Source of the DNA: an uncultured Methanosarcinaceae archaeon
Lineage (GTDB): Archaea > Halobacteriota > Methanosarcinia > Methanosarcinales > Methanosarcinaceae
Assembly (NCBI GenBank): GCA_963733675.1
Contig: CAVTET010000012.1
Coordinates: 224,001 to 288,000, forward strand
Length of the DNA stretch: 64,000 nt
Direction: 5' to 3'
Made by a program: the position numbers and the translations under genes. Under the pieces are notes generated by a model, which was not told the origin of the DNA, did no database searches, and saw only the letters and a list, made by a program, of their open reading frames with translations. Below are positions 38,081 through 49,285 of the stretch, in pieces; the first letter of the stretch is position 1; the number at the start of each line of letters is the position of its first letter.

Positions 38081-38697
38081 TACAATAAAGGAACTTTATT
38101 TGATCTAAATAAATTCGATGAAGCAATAAAAGATATGGTCTGGAATAACTGAGTTTACAGACACATAGTCAAAAATTATGAGATTTTCATTTTTTGCAGT
38201 GGAAACTACAGTTCCCAAAAATGGGTGATATAATCATTAATCAGATTTGTTCGATGACCCAAGGACAGAAATTGTATTCAAAAAAAACTTAATTTAGTTA
38301 TATGGTGTTTATAATAGCTTTCCTCAGGTCTTTAGAGTTTAGAACTAATTCAAGTTTAAATATAGATTGCTTTTTTAGGAAAAAGCTTAATGTTAAATTT
38401 TTGAAGATTTTCGAGAAAACTAAAAACATCATCAATATAAACTTATTTTTCAAAATTAAAATATCTTATGCGGAAGTAATTTTTGCTTAGAAACTATGTT
38501 TCGCATAATTAAAAATAGTGAAGGGAACCATTATAAAATAATAGCTTTCTAATAAATCTGTTAATGATTAGCGTACTGAGAAACTAAAAAATTATGGTTT
38601 GTATCAGATTGAATATATGAAACGAATCCAAAAATCACAGCATTAACTATAAAAAATTATTGAGGTGAACGATAAATGAGATTTATTAAAATACTAA

Positions 38698-39120
38698 CTA
38701 TTTCGCTGGTAGTCCTTTTATTACAAAGACGCCTGCTAAAATGGCTACAAAAAGAGACATCAAACTGGATACACAGAAGGTACCAATGGATAGAATAGTA
38801 TCGTGGAGTTTCAACATTATAGGCATCGCAGTGAAAATTTCAACCCTATAGACTATGGAAGTGGTTCCAAAGATGGTTGCAAAGTAAATTATGAAGAAGG
38901 AGACAATGGTAGCTTCAAAGAGGCTCACAGAATGTTGATTAATGATGGTTCCGCAGCTGACTCCCAAATCTGAAGCATATCCTTTATTGTACAAAGCGTC
39001 TGAATCCCGCGTAGCGCATGCGATACTCACTAGAAGCAAAAAAACCAACACAGTGATTCCCAAAACTGCTATGAAGGAATACCTTCTACTTGCTGTATCA
39101 TATCCTGCTTTTTTCATCAT
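38698..39120 (-). CDS. Hypothetical membrane protein with a TPR-protein-like N-terminus (possible chimera)
   Basis: VLGITVLVFLLLVSIACATRDSDALYNKG resembles the N-terminus of 37457..38080; followed by two hydrophobic segments. Confidence 0.5.
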   Translation of the reverse strand: MMKKAGYDTASRRYSFIAVLGITVLVFLLLVSIACATRDSDALYNKGYASDLGVSCGTIINQHSVSLFEATIVSFFIIYFATIFGTTSIVYRVEIFTAMPIMLKLHDTILSIGTFCVSSLMSLFVAILAGVFVIKGLPAK

Positions 39121-39691
39121 TCAGCTCCAAGATGTTTGTTAAGATATAGCATAGGACAAAAATTAGGATTTTACCAAAATTTTGCATGCATATACCCAAA
39201 AAAATTAGGAGACTTTTGGCATATTATTTTTTAAAGTCTGTAGAACAGTTGAAACTTTGAACTTGAAAAGATAATACTCAAAATAATTAAAAGATAGATA
39301 AGTAGATGAAATATTAACAGAATTAAAAAAAACATTCTGTTTTGTGAAGTCTAAAAATAAATGAAAATTAAGAAATTATTTAACCTATAAATTGGATTTA
39401 TTTAATTTTTTTAGATAAAATTCCTTTCGCTATCCAAGCTATTGAATCCTGCGTCTCACCTACGATACTAACTAAGATCAAAAAAGATCAAAACAACGTT
39501 GAGAAATAATATTTGCTTAGGCTATTAAGAATATTTTTATAGTCCCAATCGAACTATCCTTTTTTATCAGCTTTTTGTGGGAGATAATGATTAAACATTA
39601 AGAATTGAAATCAAAAAAGCCACGAAGAAAAGATCGGATTTAATTGGCTTTTCTATCAAAGTAGACAGTTCTCGAGTTCCTTCCCATTGAC

Positions 39692-40777
39692 CTAGGTCGC
39701 CATTTTATTCTTCTGACTCTCCGTTTTTTCATTCTCCTCTATATCTTCAGTTGGCCCCATCAATCTAGCCAGCCATTTTGTTTCATCAAAACTTTCAAAT
39801 ATAATCTTCAAAATCAATGTCAGCGGTATGGAAAGCAGCACACCTGCAGTTCCAAGCACATAATTCCAATAGATCAGCGAAAGAAATAAGATACCTGGAG
39901 ATAATTTCAGGCCTTTACCTGCGAGTGAAGGGAATACAACGTTTTCTGCAAGCATATCAACAATTGAGATTACGATAATAATTGCAAGAGCACCTGCAGG
40001 CCCATATTTGAACAGTGCGAGCATTATGAGTGGAATAGAAGCTAGAACGAGACCAATGTAGGGGATATAACTGAATAGGAATATAAGGACGCCCCAGAGA
40101 ATCGCAAAGTCAATGCCTCCTATAAGGAGAACGACGGTAATTCCAACGGCTATGATAAGGTTTGTTTCTGCTTTTATGACAAGAAACCCTACCAAATTCT
40201 TGTCAAATTTTCTCATACTCATGTGGAGTTTGGATTGAGTTTCAAGTTCTGAATTCATTTTTCCAGGAGTATTGGAGGCATCTATCAACAAGAACGCGGT
40301 CGTAAGAATTATAATTCCAGCTGTTGTCCCGGCATTCAAAAATCCATTAATAATACTCGACATGAGAGAGATCACAGTTGATGCGATACCACGTAAAATC
40401 GAATTCGCAGAAAGCTCTCCTTGTGAGGGAATATAACGTGTGAGAATATCTATAAACCCCATCAACCGAGTTTGATAGATTGGGATCTGGTTCTCAAACT
40501 GGATTGCAGCTCCGAAAACCACTATCCCTAGGACTGCGATAATAAATGCAAATAAAAGAATCACTAGAAGAACACTCAATCCACCGGGAATACCCCGTCT
40601 TTTGAGCCAGCGGATATGGGGAGTAAGAATAAGTGCAGCAAAAACAGAGAAAAGAATGGTAGTAAGTATGGGGGCGATCGCCCTCATCCCGACAGTTAGG
40701 ATAACAATAAAAGTGCTATACATTAATATTTTAGCAGGTAACTGATTGCTGTTGATGCTCATGATTTGCGACTCCAC
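39692..40777 (-). CDS. AI-2E family (PerM-like) transporter
   Basis: Multi-TM; FAILWG...FSYIPYIG, ENVVFP.LAGK.LKLSP...SLIYW..VLG..G.LLSIPLT. Confidence 0.9.
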   Translation of the reverse strand: MESQIMSINSNQLPAKILMYSTFIVILTVGMRAIAPILTTILFSVFAALILTPHIRWLKRRGIPGGLSVLLVILLFAFIIAVLGIVVFGAAIQFENQIPIYQTRLMGFIDILTRYIPSQGELSANSILRGIASTVISLMSSIINGFLNAGTTAGIIILTTAFLLIDASNTPGKMNSELETQSKLHMSMRKFDKNLVGFLVIKAETNLIIAVGITVVLLIGGIDFAILWGVLIFLFSYIPYIGLVLASIPLIMLALFKYGPAGALAIIIVISIVDMLAENVVFPSLAGKGLKLSPGILFLSLIYWNYVLGTAGVLLSIPLTLILKIIFESFDETKWLARLMGPTEDIEENEKTESQKNKMAT

Positions 40778-40885
40778 TCTATATTTTTAGAATAAGTTGA
40801 GCTTTTTTTATAAAAATTTGGCGCATATTTGATTGATTCATATCAGTGTTTTTATCTATATCTACCTTACAAATCGCTCATTTGT

Positions 40886-41016
40886 GCTCAGTTAAGAAAT
40901 CTGTTAAAAAGCCAAAATGACTACTGCAATAATCGATTATCTAGATTATGTTTCCATGCTTACAGAAAAAAGCAACAAAAATAATAAATTTCTTACAGAT
41001 CGTATCTTAACTGAAC
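40886..41016. mobile_element. Possible ~130-bp MITE
   Basis: Ends GCTCAGTTAAGA..TCTGT and ACAGAT..TCTTAACTGAAC are imperfect inverted repeats; no ORF inside. Confidence 0.35.
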
Positions 41017-41476
41017 CAATTGGAGCCATGACGACGACATACTGAAGGTAAGATAAATAAAACACAAACAAGGCAACAAATAGGACAAGTTACAGAAACG
41101 CTATAATTTTCCAGTTTGATTTTCATGGAATCAAATCACAAATCTAGCTACCTTGTGGAATATAGTTTATAGTTTTTCGGAGCTCAGTCGTCCTTTATAA
41201 AGGCTTAATGAGGGTGCTAATAACAGAAAAGGTTGCTTACAGCGCTCGCTTGAATGTGGCTTGTAGGCCTTACTATCCAGGGTAGAGCCACGGACAAATC
41301 GACCTACGAATAACTGAAGATGTTGGCTTGCACATTGAGAATGCAGGATAGCCTACCTATTAGACAGTAGGTATTATTTTTCTCGAAGTTATTTTCCCGC
41401 TTCCCTTTACGTTTATTTCACTTGGTCAGTCAGCTTTTCACTGACTGTAGTTGCATGATCATATGCCATTCCAATC

Positions 41477-43829
41477 TCACTGTCGAGCCATGACAATACG
41501 CATCTCAGCTTCCTTGTCTTCTATCAGTTGGCCGCTCACGTCCACTGTCACGCTATGAATCTTGCCTGTGAACTCCAAAAAGGGGGGACGATAGTCTGGT
41601 GTGACTGGTGCTCCATGAACTGAGCCACAGGTTACTCCACCAGTTAACCCTAACGTAAGTGGAGTTGTCACTGGTAACATTTAGCTTGGCCGACTAACGT
41701 TCCGTCTATAAAGAGCTTAGCAATTCCAGGTGAACCCTTGCCATTAGCAAAATCTGGCTTACCGGTCACCTCAAACTCAAACCCGAGTTGATGTCTCCCT
41801 TCAGGAACATTCTCATTGAACTCTACATGATATAATGCTCTAGATACGTAATTGTGCACCCAGTGAAGTTTTCCATCTTTGATATAGAATGAATAACCGC
41901 CATCGATACCGCCATGAGAGAGCAAGATTCCTTCCACTCCCCCTGCAGGGATCTCGACATCGGCTATAATACTGTGGGGACGGTTGAGAACTTTGACTGC
42001 TGCATTTGCGGGAATCACCTGAGTTCCGGGATAATAGGTGTAGCGTGTTCTTTGGACTGCAATCTGTGGTCGATCATCGACAAAACGTAGAACTCCTCGA
42101 CCATCGATAGGTAGTACGTTATACTTTCCGGCTTCTGCATACCAGGTGGCAACCATCTCAATTAACTTTGGTCGATTATCTGTAGCAATATTGTAGTTCT
42201 CTGCCCAATCCTTCTCAATGTGGTAAAGCTCCCAGCCTTTTGCATCGAGCTCAGTCAATGTATCTGCAGAAATCGGTTCGCCGAAGAATTTCCCTGCTTC
42301 AGTGAACGAAGGACCAGGCCACGGACATACGGCACGCCAGCCATCATGATACAGTGAGCGGTGTCCCATCATCTCGAAGTACTGGGTGTGGTGCTTGGTT
42401 GGTGCATTGGAATCGTCGAAGGTATGTGCAAAACTTACCCCTTCGATAGGTGATTGACTTACACCTTTGATAACCATCGGAGGTTCGAGCCCTAGGCACT
42501 CCATAATTGTAGGTAACATATCGATAGCGTGGGCATACTGAGTGCGAATCTGGCCTTTAGCCTTAATTCCTCTGGGCCAGTGGACTATAAAGGGATCACT
42601 GACACCACCACGGTAGGTCTCTCGTTTCCAGCGGCGGAAGGGTGTATTTCCAGCCCAAGTCCAGCCCCATGCATAATGATTATAAGTCTCTGGGCCCTCA
42701 AGTTTATCTAGGGCTGCGAGATTTTCCTCTACAGATTCAGGTACATTATTTAAAAACCTGGACTTGTTAATTGATCCAGTAGGACCACCTTCAGAGCTTG
42801 CTCCGTTATCTGAAATTACCATTATCAACGTATTCTCAAACTCACCAATATCTTTGAGAAATTGCAACAACCGACCAATGTGGTAATCGGTGTGTTCAAG
42901 GAACCCAGCAAAGACTCCCATCATACGGGCATAGAGTATCTTCTCCTCAGGTGTGCATTGGTCCCAGGGTTTGACATCTGGATCATGGCGAGATAGCTCA
43001 GTTTCTTTTGGAACGATACCCAGTCCTTTCTGCCGGCCTAATGTCTTCTCCCGGTAAACGTCCCACCCATCATCGAACTTACCTTTGTATTTATCTGCCC
43101 ACTCCTTAGGAACATGATGAGGAGCATGCGTTGCTCCTGGACAGAAGTACATGAAAAAAGGTTTGCTGGGTGCTATTTGTTTGGAATCAGCAATGAACTG
43201 GATGGACTTGTTCACTATATCCTCATTCAAGGTGTAGCCTTCTTCTGGAGTTTTGGGAGGGTCTATAGAATGATTGTCGTAATCAGCTCAGGGTAATACT
43301 GGTTTGTATCACCTCCTAAAAAGCCATAGAAGAGCTCAAAACCTCTTCCCAAAGGCCAACGGTCATAAGGTCCGGCTGCAGACATCTGTTCAGCAGGTGT
43401 CAGATGCCATTTGCCGATTGCAGAGGTGTTGTAACCGCATTGCAGAAGCATCTCCGACAAAAAACCATTTTCATAAGGTATATTACCGTTGTAGCCTGGA
43501 AAGCCAGTTGATCCTTCAGTGATACATGCCATGTTATTCGAATGATGGTTTCGGCCGGTAATTATGCACGAACGGCTAGGAAAGCACAGCGCAGTGGTAT
43601 GCATATTGGAATAGGCCAGGCCTCTCGCGGCCAAACTATCAAGGTTGGGTGTATTTATAGGACTACCATAGCATCCAAGTTGTCCAAATCCAGTGTCATC
43701 CAGCACAATGAACAGTACGTTAGGAGCGCCCTCTTTAGCTTGCAGTGGCTCTGGCCAAGCTGACCCCGACTGGTCTTCTGTACGTCCAATTACGCCTGGA
43801 AAAGTGGTTCCTGGTTTGTATTCTTTCAT
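41477..43829 (-). pseudogene. Arylsulfatase (AslA-like, Cys-type) with frameshifts
   Basis: PNVLFIVLDDTG, TALCFPSR (CxPxR), GKWHL, SDNGAS; split into three ORFs at ~43270 and ~41680. Confidence 0.9.
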
Positions 43830-44147
43830 TGACACATCTTTTCCTCCAATCGCTAATTGACATTTTGTAAAGCTCTGAAAGAGAAGGCTAAATAGGGGAA
43901 AAAACTTTATTATTTTGACCATTTTTTGTTAGAATTCGTAATTTGGCATGTCCACGAGTTTTTGAAAATTATAACCATAAGGCTCGTCCTACATTTATCT
44001 AAAAATGGGAAAAGCACTTGTTTTTCATATTTTATCAATGACTCAAGGATATGACTCACAATTTCTTGCCTGAAGATCAATTATTAAAAAAATAAAGTGG
44101 TTTCCAGAAAGTTTACTCTTGGTAGAAACTGATTCGTTTGGTGGACT

Positions 44148-44636
44148 TTATTCTTCTGCAAAGGTTGCACGCATCTTTTCTTCTTCTTCCTTTGACAGGT
44201 TGGTAGCAATGACTTCAAACTTGGATTTTTTCATAGCCTCTACTACCCTATCTTCTACGGCATCGCTAGTCATAAGGAAAAGAGCTGAAGTTCCTTCAGT
44301 CACTTTGCTACGGATAGATTTTATGAAATCTTCATCGATCCCCACATGTTTCATTGAACCCACTACTGCACCTAACGCAGCCCCGGCGGCTAGACCAACC
44401 AAAGGAATAAAGAATATAATCCCAAATAATAGCCCCCAAAAAGCGCCGCTCAGTGCACCTATGCGAGTTAAATTGATCAAATGCTTTATTTTTGGTTTAG
44501 TTTTTCCTTTAACCCATGTGACTATAGCTGCATCGTGTAGTTTTATCATTTGTTGTTTACTTAAGTCCTCAATCACTTCAAGTTCATTTTCTGCACCATC
44601 AGCGGTGTCAAACTTAAGAACTGTTAAAGTTGCCAT
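44148..44636 (-). CDS. DUF1269 family membrane protein
   Basis: DAAIV.W, GALSGAFWGLLFG..F..P..G.A.GAA.GA, GIDEDFIK....VT.GTSALF. Confidence 0.88.
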   Translation of the reverse strand: MATLTVLKFDTADGAENELEVIEDLSKQQMIKLHDAAIVTWVKGKTKPKIKHLINLTRIGALSGAFWGLLFGIIFFIPLVGLAAGAALGAVVGSMKHVGIDEDFIKSIRSKVTEGTSALFLMTSDAVEDRVVEAMKKSKFEVIATNLSKEEEEKMRATFAEE

Positions 44637-44955
44637 TACTTAAACTCCTTTTCTGCTTTTCAGATTTATTCTTTGGTTTATCATGTCAGTTTGTTGACCA
44701 AGGTGGAACTTATTGTACATTTACTTTTGTAAGTTTAACTGAAATAAATTGATATATATCTTTAGTATATAAAAAGTTTATATTATTTATAACGGCGATG
44801 GCGTCTCTACTGTAGAAAATTTTAAAAAACTTATAATTTTCACAAGTAATATTTTCACCATTAATGAGAATATGACAAATTTAGAAGTTCATTGAAATCC
44901 TCTCTAGACTAGATTAGTCTATTAACTTAAAGTTTATAGTCCTAAACATATACTA

Positions 44956-45455
44956 TGTATACATAACTAAATCAGTTGATGATGTTCATTGTATTGAAGC
45001 TGGTTATTTAAACGTAAAACAGAGGTTGGAAAATGCAAACATTGGAAAAGAAAATAAAACATTAATTGAAAATTTTTAATTGCTCTTCGAAGGAAAGGAG
45101 CAGTAAAAACAACAATTATATAATACCTATACTATGCAACTTGGATGATCGAGGAACTTCAAGAACTAGGATTCAATGAGACCTTGGACAAGCTTGAACC
45201 TAATATTTTTTATTGAGTGCTTATTTCTTTTTAGGATGAAAGAAAATTATCTTCCGGCACTATCCAAAATTACAAAAAACGGTGTGATTTTTTTAAATGG
45301 TCCACAGGTAGTAACCCCACTAAATGGATTATGTATCTCAAGCTAAAAATAATTGCAAGTACTGTGCAACCCTCCAATATACTGACCAAAGATGAGTTCA
45401 CCCAGCTTCTTGAAGGCTGTAGACATCTATGGGATAAAACAATCATTGTTTCTTC
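44956..45455 (+). pseudogene. Tyrosine recombinase/integrase N-terminal remnant (not in ORF track)
   Basis: Reads ENKTLIENF...KLSSGTIQNYKK...FFKW...VQPSNILTKDEFTQLLEGCRHL.DKTII with stops and frameshifts; boundaries approximate. Confidence 0.6.
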
Positions 45456-46223
45456 TTTTATGCTACTTCGCTGTCGATTTAATCCTCATCTTTAGTTGAT
45501 GGGGGGTGACATATAGTTACAATCAGAAAACTGATAAAAGTATATATGAAGCAGTGGGCTTTTGAGAAAAGCATTTATAAACTATCCAAAAAAGTATCCC
45601 AACTCCACTGTAGAAAAAGTCTCTGAATTTGTTGCAAATTCCAACAAAAAGATTCCAGAATATGAGAGAGAATTGGATATCCTATAGCATAAGAAAAAGC
45701 TAAAGAGCTCTATAAATGTGGGCAGCTGTGATATAATAATCTTACTTGAGATATATTATCTCAAGTTGAGTAAATAAGGATCTAAGCTCCTTTTGTTTGG
45801 GGGTTATCTCTTAGTTAGGTCCTTGATAAGCTTTCATTTTCAGATACATAGTTACACTAAAACATTTTATTCCAGGATTTATGTTTTAGTGCATTTATGT
45901 ATCATGATATATTAGCTGAATATGCTTTAATATATATATTTTGCAAATATTCTATATCTTAATATAGACTACTAAATATTACACAATGTATGTAATCCTA
46001 ATCTTATGAACCATGGACATCACAAAGGGATTAGCAATAACAATAAAAAATAATTCTCAGAGCAAAGAAATTATTTATAAAACAACAAAAAATTATAGAA
46101 AATTCCGATAAATTACAATTTTATTCTAGTTGTTTATAAAGTTTATATAGTAGCATTTTTACTCAAAGGTAAATCGGAATTCATTATATAAAAATATATT
46201 ATTTATAATATAATATTAACTGG

Positions 46224-46523
46224 TTAGTAGTAACCCCAACCGTCATAAGGGTAGCTATGCCCCAGGGATAACCCTATGCCCCAGGGATAACCTCCCCAAC
46301 CGCAGCCGCCGTAGGCAATTAAAGGCATGCCCCAGCCGCCATAGCCCCAGCCACCACAGCCACCATAGCCGCAGTCATCATAGCCCCAACCGCCATAGCC
46401 GCCTCGGCCACCATAACCGCCGTGATGTGCACTAGCTGCTACAGCTGTCAAAGATACTACAAAAAAAGCTGCCAGCAAAATAGACATTCCTTTCTTCATG
46501 TCATTAGAAGATAGTTTCAACAT
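46224..46523 (-). CDS. Small secreted Gly/Tyr/Trp/Cys-rich peptide (family member 1)
   Basis: RBS AGGAGTGG; leader MLK..S..MKK..SILLA..FVVSLTAVAASA; core of GGYG/GGWG/GGCG repeats. Confidence 0.8.
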   Translation of the reverse strand: MLKLSSNDMKKGMSILLAAFFVVSLTAVAASAHHGGYGGRGGYGGWGYDDCGYGGCGGWGYGGWGMPLIAYGGCGWGGYPWGIGLSLGHSYPYDGWGYY

Positions 46524-47035
46524 TTGTTACCACTCCTATTTTATTCAATTTGATACAATGTAAATCAGTTTAAGACTTACGAAGTTTAACAGCAAAAAAA
46601 GTAGTTGTTAAATGTGTAAGTCCTGAATTTAAATAAACACCAGATTTTATCACATGCTATAACTGATCTACATACAACTAGTGAAAAATCGGAAGTTTAT
46701 CAAAACTCTCTCTATTTCATAGCACGTGCCTACTCAGTACCAAAGCACAGTGATGAAATGTAAAAATCACTCGATTTTGGAACCTAGTCGTGTATGCCAA
46801 TAGAAGGTGATTTTTAATTATATCATCATTACATTATTATTATCTAATGAATATAAAATAGCAAGAAATATAAATACAGGATGTGAGTTACTCATATTTA
46901 ATAACTGTTAAAAATATTTATTAACTCATCATACTATTTGTCTTCATGTTAAAATTATCTTTTTCTCAATCAGACTGAATCGTTAATAAGTCTGTTTTCC
47001 TGGATTAAGGTTTGAATATGGACAGCTTTATTATA

Positions 47036-47268
47036 CACAGTTTTTGCATCAAAAGCTTTGAATTTCCTAAGTTCCATTTGAAATAAGAAAACATTGTTAA
47101 TCTATTACTCATGGAGCTTATGGAATTCCTAGAGCATATGGAGCTCATGGAACATTTGGAATTAATTAGCCTAAACAACTATCATAAATAAAAAAAGAAA
47201 AAAATATTTATATAATGCTCTAAACAAAATTGAAATATAAATAAACGGAGTCAAAAATTCAATTTTTC
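47036..47268. repeat. ~235-bp dispersed direct repeat, copy 1
   Basis: Aligns by eye with 48014..48256; includes a 9-bp periodic core. Confidence 0.8.
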
Positions 47269-47308
47269 AATATTCAGTAAGTACTAAGTAGCTAGAAATA
47301 GCTACCTA

Positions 47309-47536
47309 TCAAGTATAGATATCACCCGCATAATCTGGTTGGTTTACGGCTGCATAATCTCTGTTGGGGTTCCCCGCATAATATGGGGTGTCATAAATAC
47401 CGCCGGGGCCATAACCACCTCCACGGTCCCCGTAGCCTTGTGCACTCGCTGTCACTGCTGTCAAAGATAAAACAAAAAGTACTGCCAGCAAAATAGACAA
47501 CACCTTTTTCATTCTACTAGATATGTGTTTCAACAT
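47309..47536 (-). CDS. Small secreted Gly/Tyr-rich peptide (family member 2)
   Basis: Leader MLKHISSRMKKVLSILLAVLFVLSLTAVTASA; 43-aa core with repeated P.YAG. Confidence 0.8.
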   Translation of the reverse strand: MLKHISSRMKKVLSILLAVLFVLSLTAVTASAQGYGDRGGGYGPGGIYDTPYYAGNPNRDYAAVNQPDYAGDIYT

Positions 47537-47560
47537 TTTCTTTCACCCATTTATGGTTAA

Positions 47561-47606
47561 AATTAAAAATTATAATAGAATTTAATTAAAAATTATAATA
47601 GAATTT
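47561..47606. repeat. Perfect 23-bp tandem duplication upstream of peptide gene 2
   Basis: AATTAAAAATTATAATAGAATTT x2. Confidence 0.85.
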
Positions 47607-48013
47607 GTTTTTGGTAACTATTCAAGCTATCAAAATTTAGTTGGTTGATATCTATTCTAGTACACCAACAAATTTTGATGAACTACAAAACATACTTAGT
47701 TTGTTAGTTATTTTAAATTAATTATAAAAAAAATAGTTTCTGAATCAAAATTATTTCCCCATAAGATATTTTAACATTGAACAATAATTTAATATTAATT
47801 ATGTTTTTTATAATAGTTCTGGGTAAAGATTATTTCTGCGTGAGACATTGAAAAAATTATATCTAATTTGATATTAATCATAGATTATCATTGTTTCTGG
47901 ATTTTTAGCCATATGTTGTGAATAGTATCCAAATTACTCATGAAAATAAAAGGTTCATTAAAATATTTATCTATATTTTAAACGCAAAATTTTGATGATG
48001 GTATTTTTTTGTG

Positions 48014-48256
48014 CACAGTTTTTTTTGTTCTAAAATCTATGCATTTCCTAAGTTCCAAATGAAATAAGAAAAGGTTACTGATCCAGAACTTATAGAGCTC
48101 ATGGAACTCCTAGAACATCTGGGGTTCATGGAACATCTGGAACTAATTAAAGCAAACCACAAGCATAAATAGAAAATATCAGAAAATGAAATAATAGTAA
48201 AGTACTCTAAACAAAATTAAAAATGTGAATAAACTGAATCAGAAACTCATTTTTTC
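48014..48256. repeat. ~240-bp dispersed direct repeat, copy 2
   Basis: Aligns by eye with 47036..47268. Confidence 0.8.
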
Positions 48257-48470
48257 GGGATAATAGTTTTATTTCAGAAATTTCTAATAAATCTTCCCAT
48301 CTTCCTATGCTTAGAACTAATTACAAAATAACAGGAGTAGGATTGTAAGCACTTGAAGTACAAAATTAAGCACAATAGGTATTGTGGTCACATTAGCTTC
48401 TTAAACAGTAGACGGTTTAATATTATTTATTTCTCCGTTCAACTGCGTAAGGCCTATTGTAACGAATATT

Positions 48471-48812
48471 TCATTTTTCGTTGTTGTAGTCATAAAATAC
48501 AATTTTAATTTTTTCTTCTGTGATCAACCCTTGGGTAATTATTTCGTCTAATTTTGGTTTGATCTTATCAATTTTTTCTTCGATATCAGCTATTTCGATA
48601 AGTATTGGCAAATCAGTGGATAACTGCAATATAGATGTTGTATGAACATGGCTGTGTTTTCCAAAACCAGCAATGCCTCTAAAAACAGTTGCCCCTGCGA
48701 TTCCTTCATTTTTGAGCATCTCAAGTATATGCATATACATCGACTTGCCTTTATATCTATCAGACTCTCCAATGAATATTCTCAATAATATAGCCTGAGA
48801 TTCCTTTTTCAT
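48471..48812 (-). CDS. DUF190 (PII-like) protein, CrcB-associated
   Basis: LRIFIGESD, GIAGATVFRGIAGFG, LS.DLPI.IEI.D; overlaps the crcB stop. Confidence 0.9.
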   Translation of the reverse strand: MKKESQAILLRIFIGESDRYKGKSMYMHILEMLKNEGIAGATVFRGIAGFGKHSHVHTTSILQLSTDLPILIEIADIEEKIDKIKPKLDEIITQGLITEEKIKIVFYDYNNEK

Positions 48813-49207
48813 CTAATTCCCCTGAATAGATAAGTGCCAACATTTAAAGCTACAATTTTCCCTAAATAAACTGCAAACATGGAAAATAATACGGTCACCA
48901 TCAGATTTATTGCCATTAGTTTTAGTTTTGAATCGTCAAGTAATCTGAATGACTCATAACTAAATGTTGATAATGTTGTATAGCCACCGATTAATCCAAT
49001 TGTCAAAAATATCCTGGTTTCTTCGCCAAAGAATCCTTGATATTCAGAAAGGTACATTATTAAACCTAAAAGAAAACTACCACTAATGTTTACAACCAAA
49101 GTACCAACAGGGAAATTAACGAAATTGTTCTGTACCCATCCACTTAAAGTATATCTCAAAATAGAGCCTATGAAATCTCCTATGCCTACTAATAGAAGTG
49201 TGTACAA
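48809..49207 (-). CDS. crcB: Fluoride channel Fluc/CrcB
   Basis: G..LRY, FPVGTLVVNISGSF, G.IGGYTT.STFSYE; riboswitch upstream. Confidence 0.93.
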   Translation of the reverse strand: MYTLLLVGIGDFIGSILRYTLSGWVQNNFVNFPVGTLVVNISGSFLLGLIMYLSEYQGFFGEETRIFLTIGLIGGYTTLSTFSYESFRLLDDSKLKLMAINLMVTVLFSMFAVYLGKIVALNVGTYLFRGIR

Positions 49208-49228
49208 GTCAAACGCCTCGATGATTGT

Positions 49229-49285
49229 GTAGAAGTCATTAACATAAGTGGTTTAGACTTAATGATCGAGGTGGACTTCATCACC
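49229..49285 (-). ncRNA. Fluoride (crcB) riboswitch
   Basis: Minus strand GGTGATGAAGTCCACC...TAAACCAC..GTTAATGACTTCTAC; P1 GGTG/CACC and pseudoknot GAAGT/ACTTC; directly upstream of crcB. Confidence 0.9.

Noticed and set aside
48809-49207. CrcB substitutions (GIGDFIG, TTLSTF) as evidence of inactivation
   Set aside because: The ORF, riboswitch and DUF190 partner are intact; the effect cannot be judged without an alignment.
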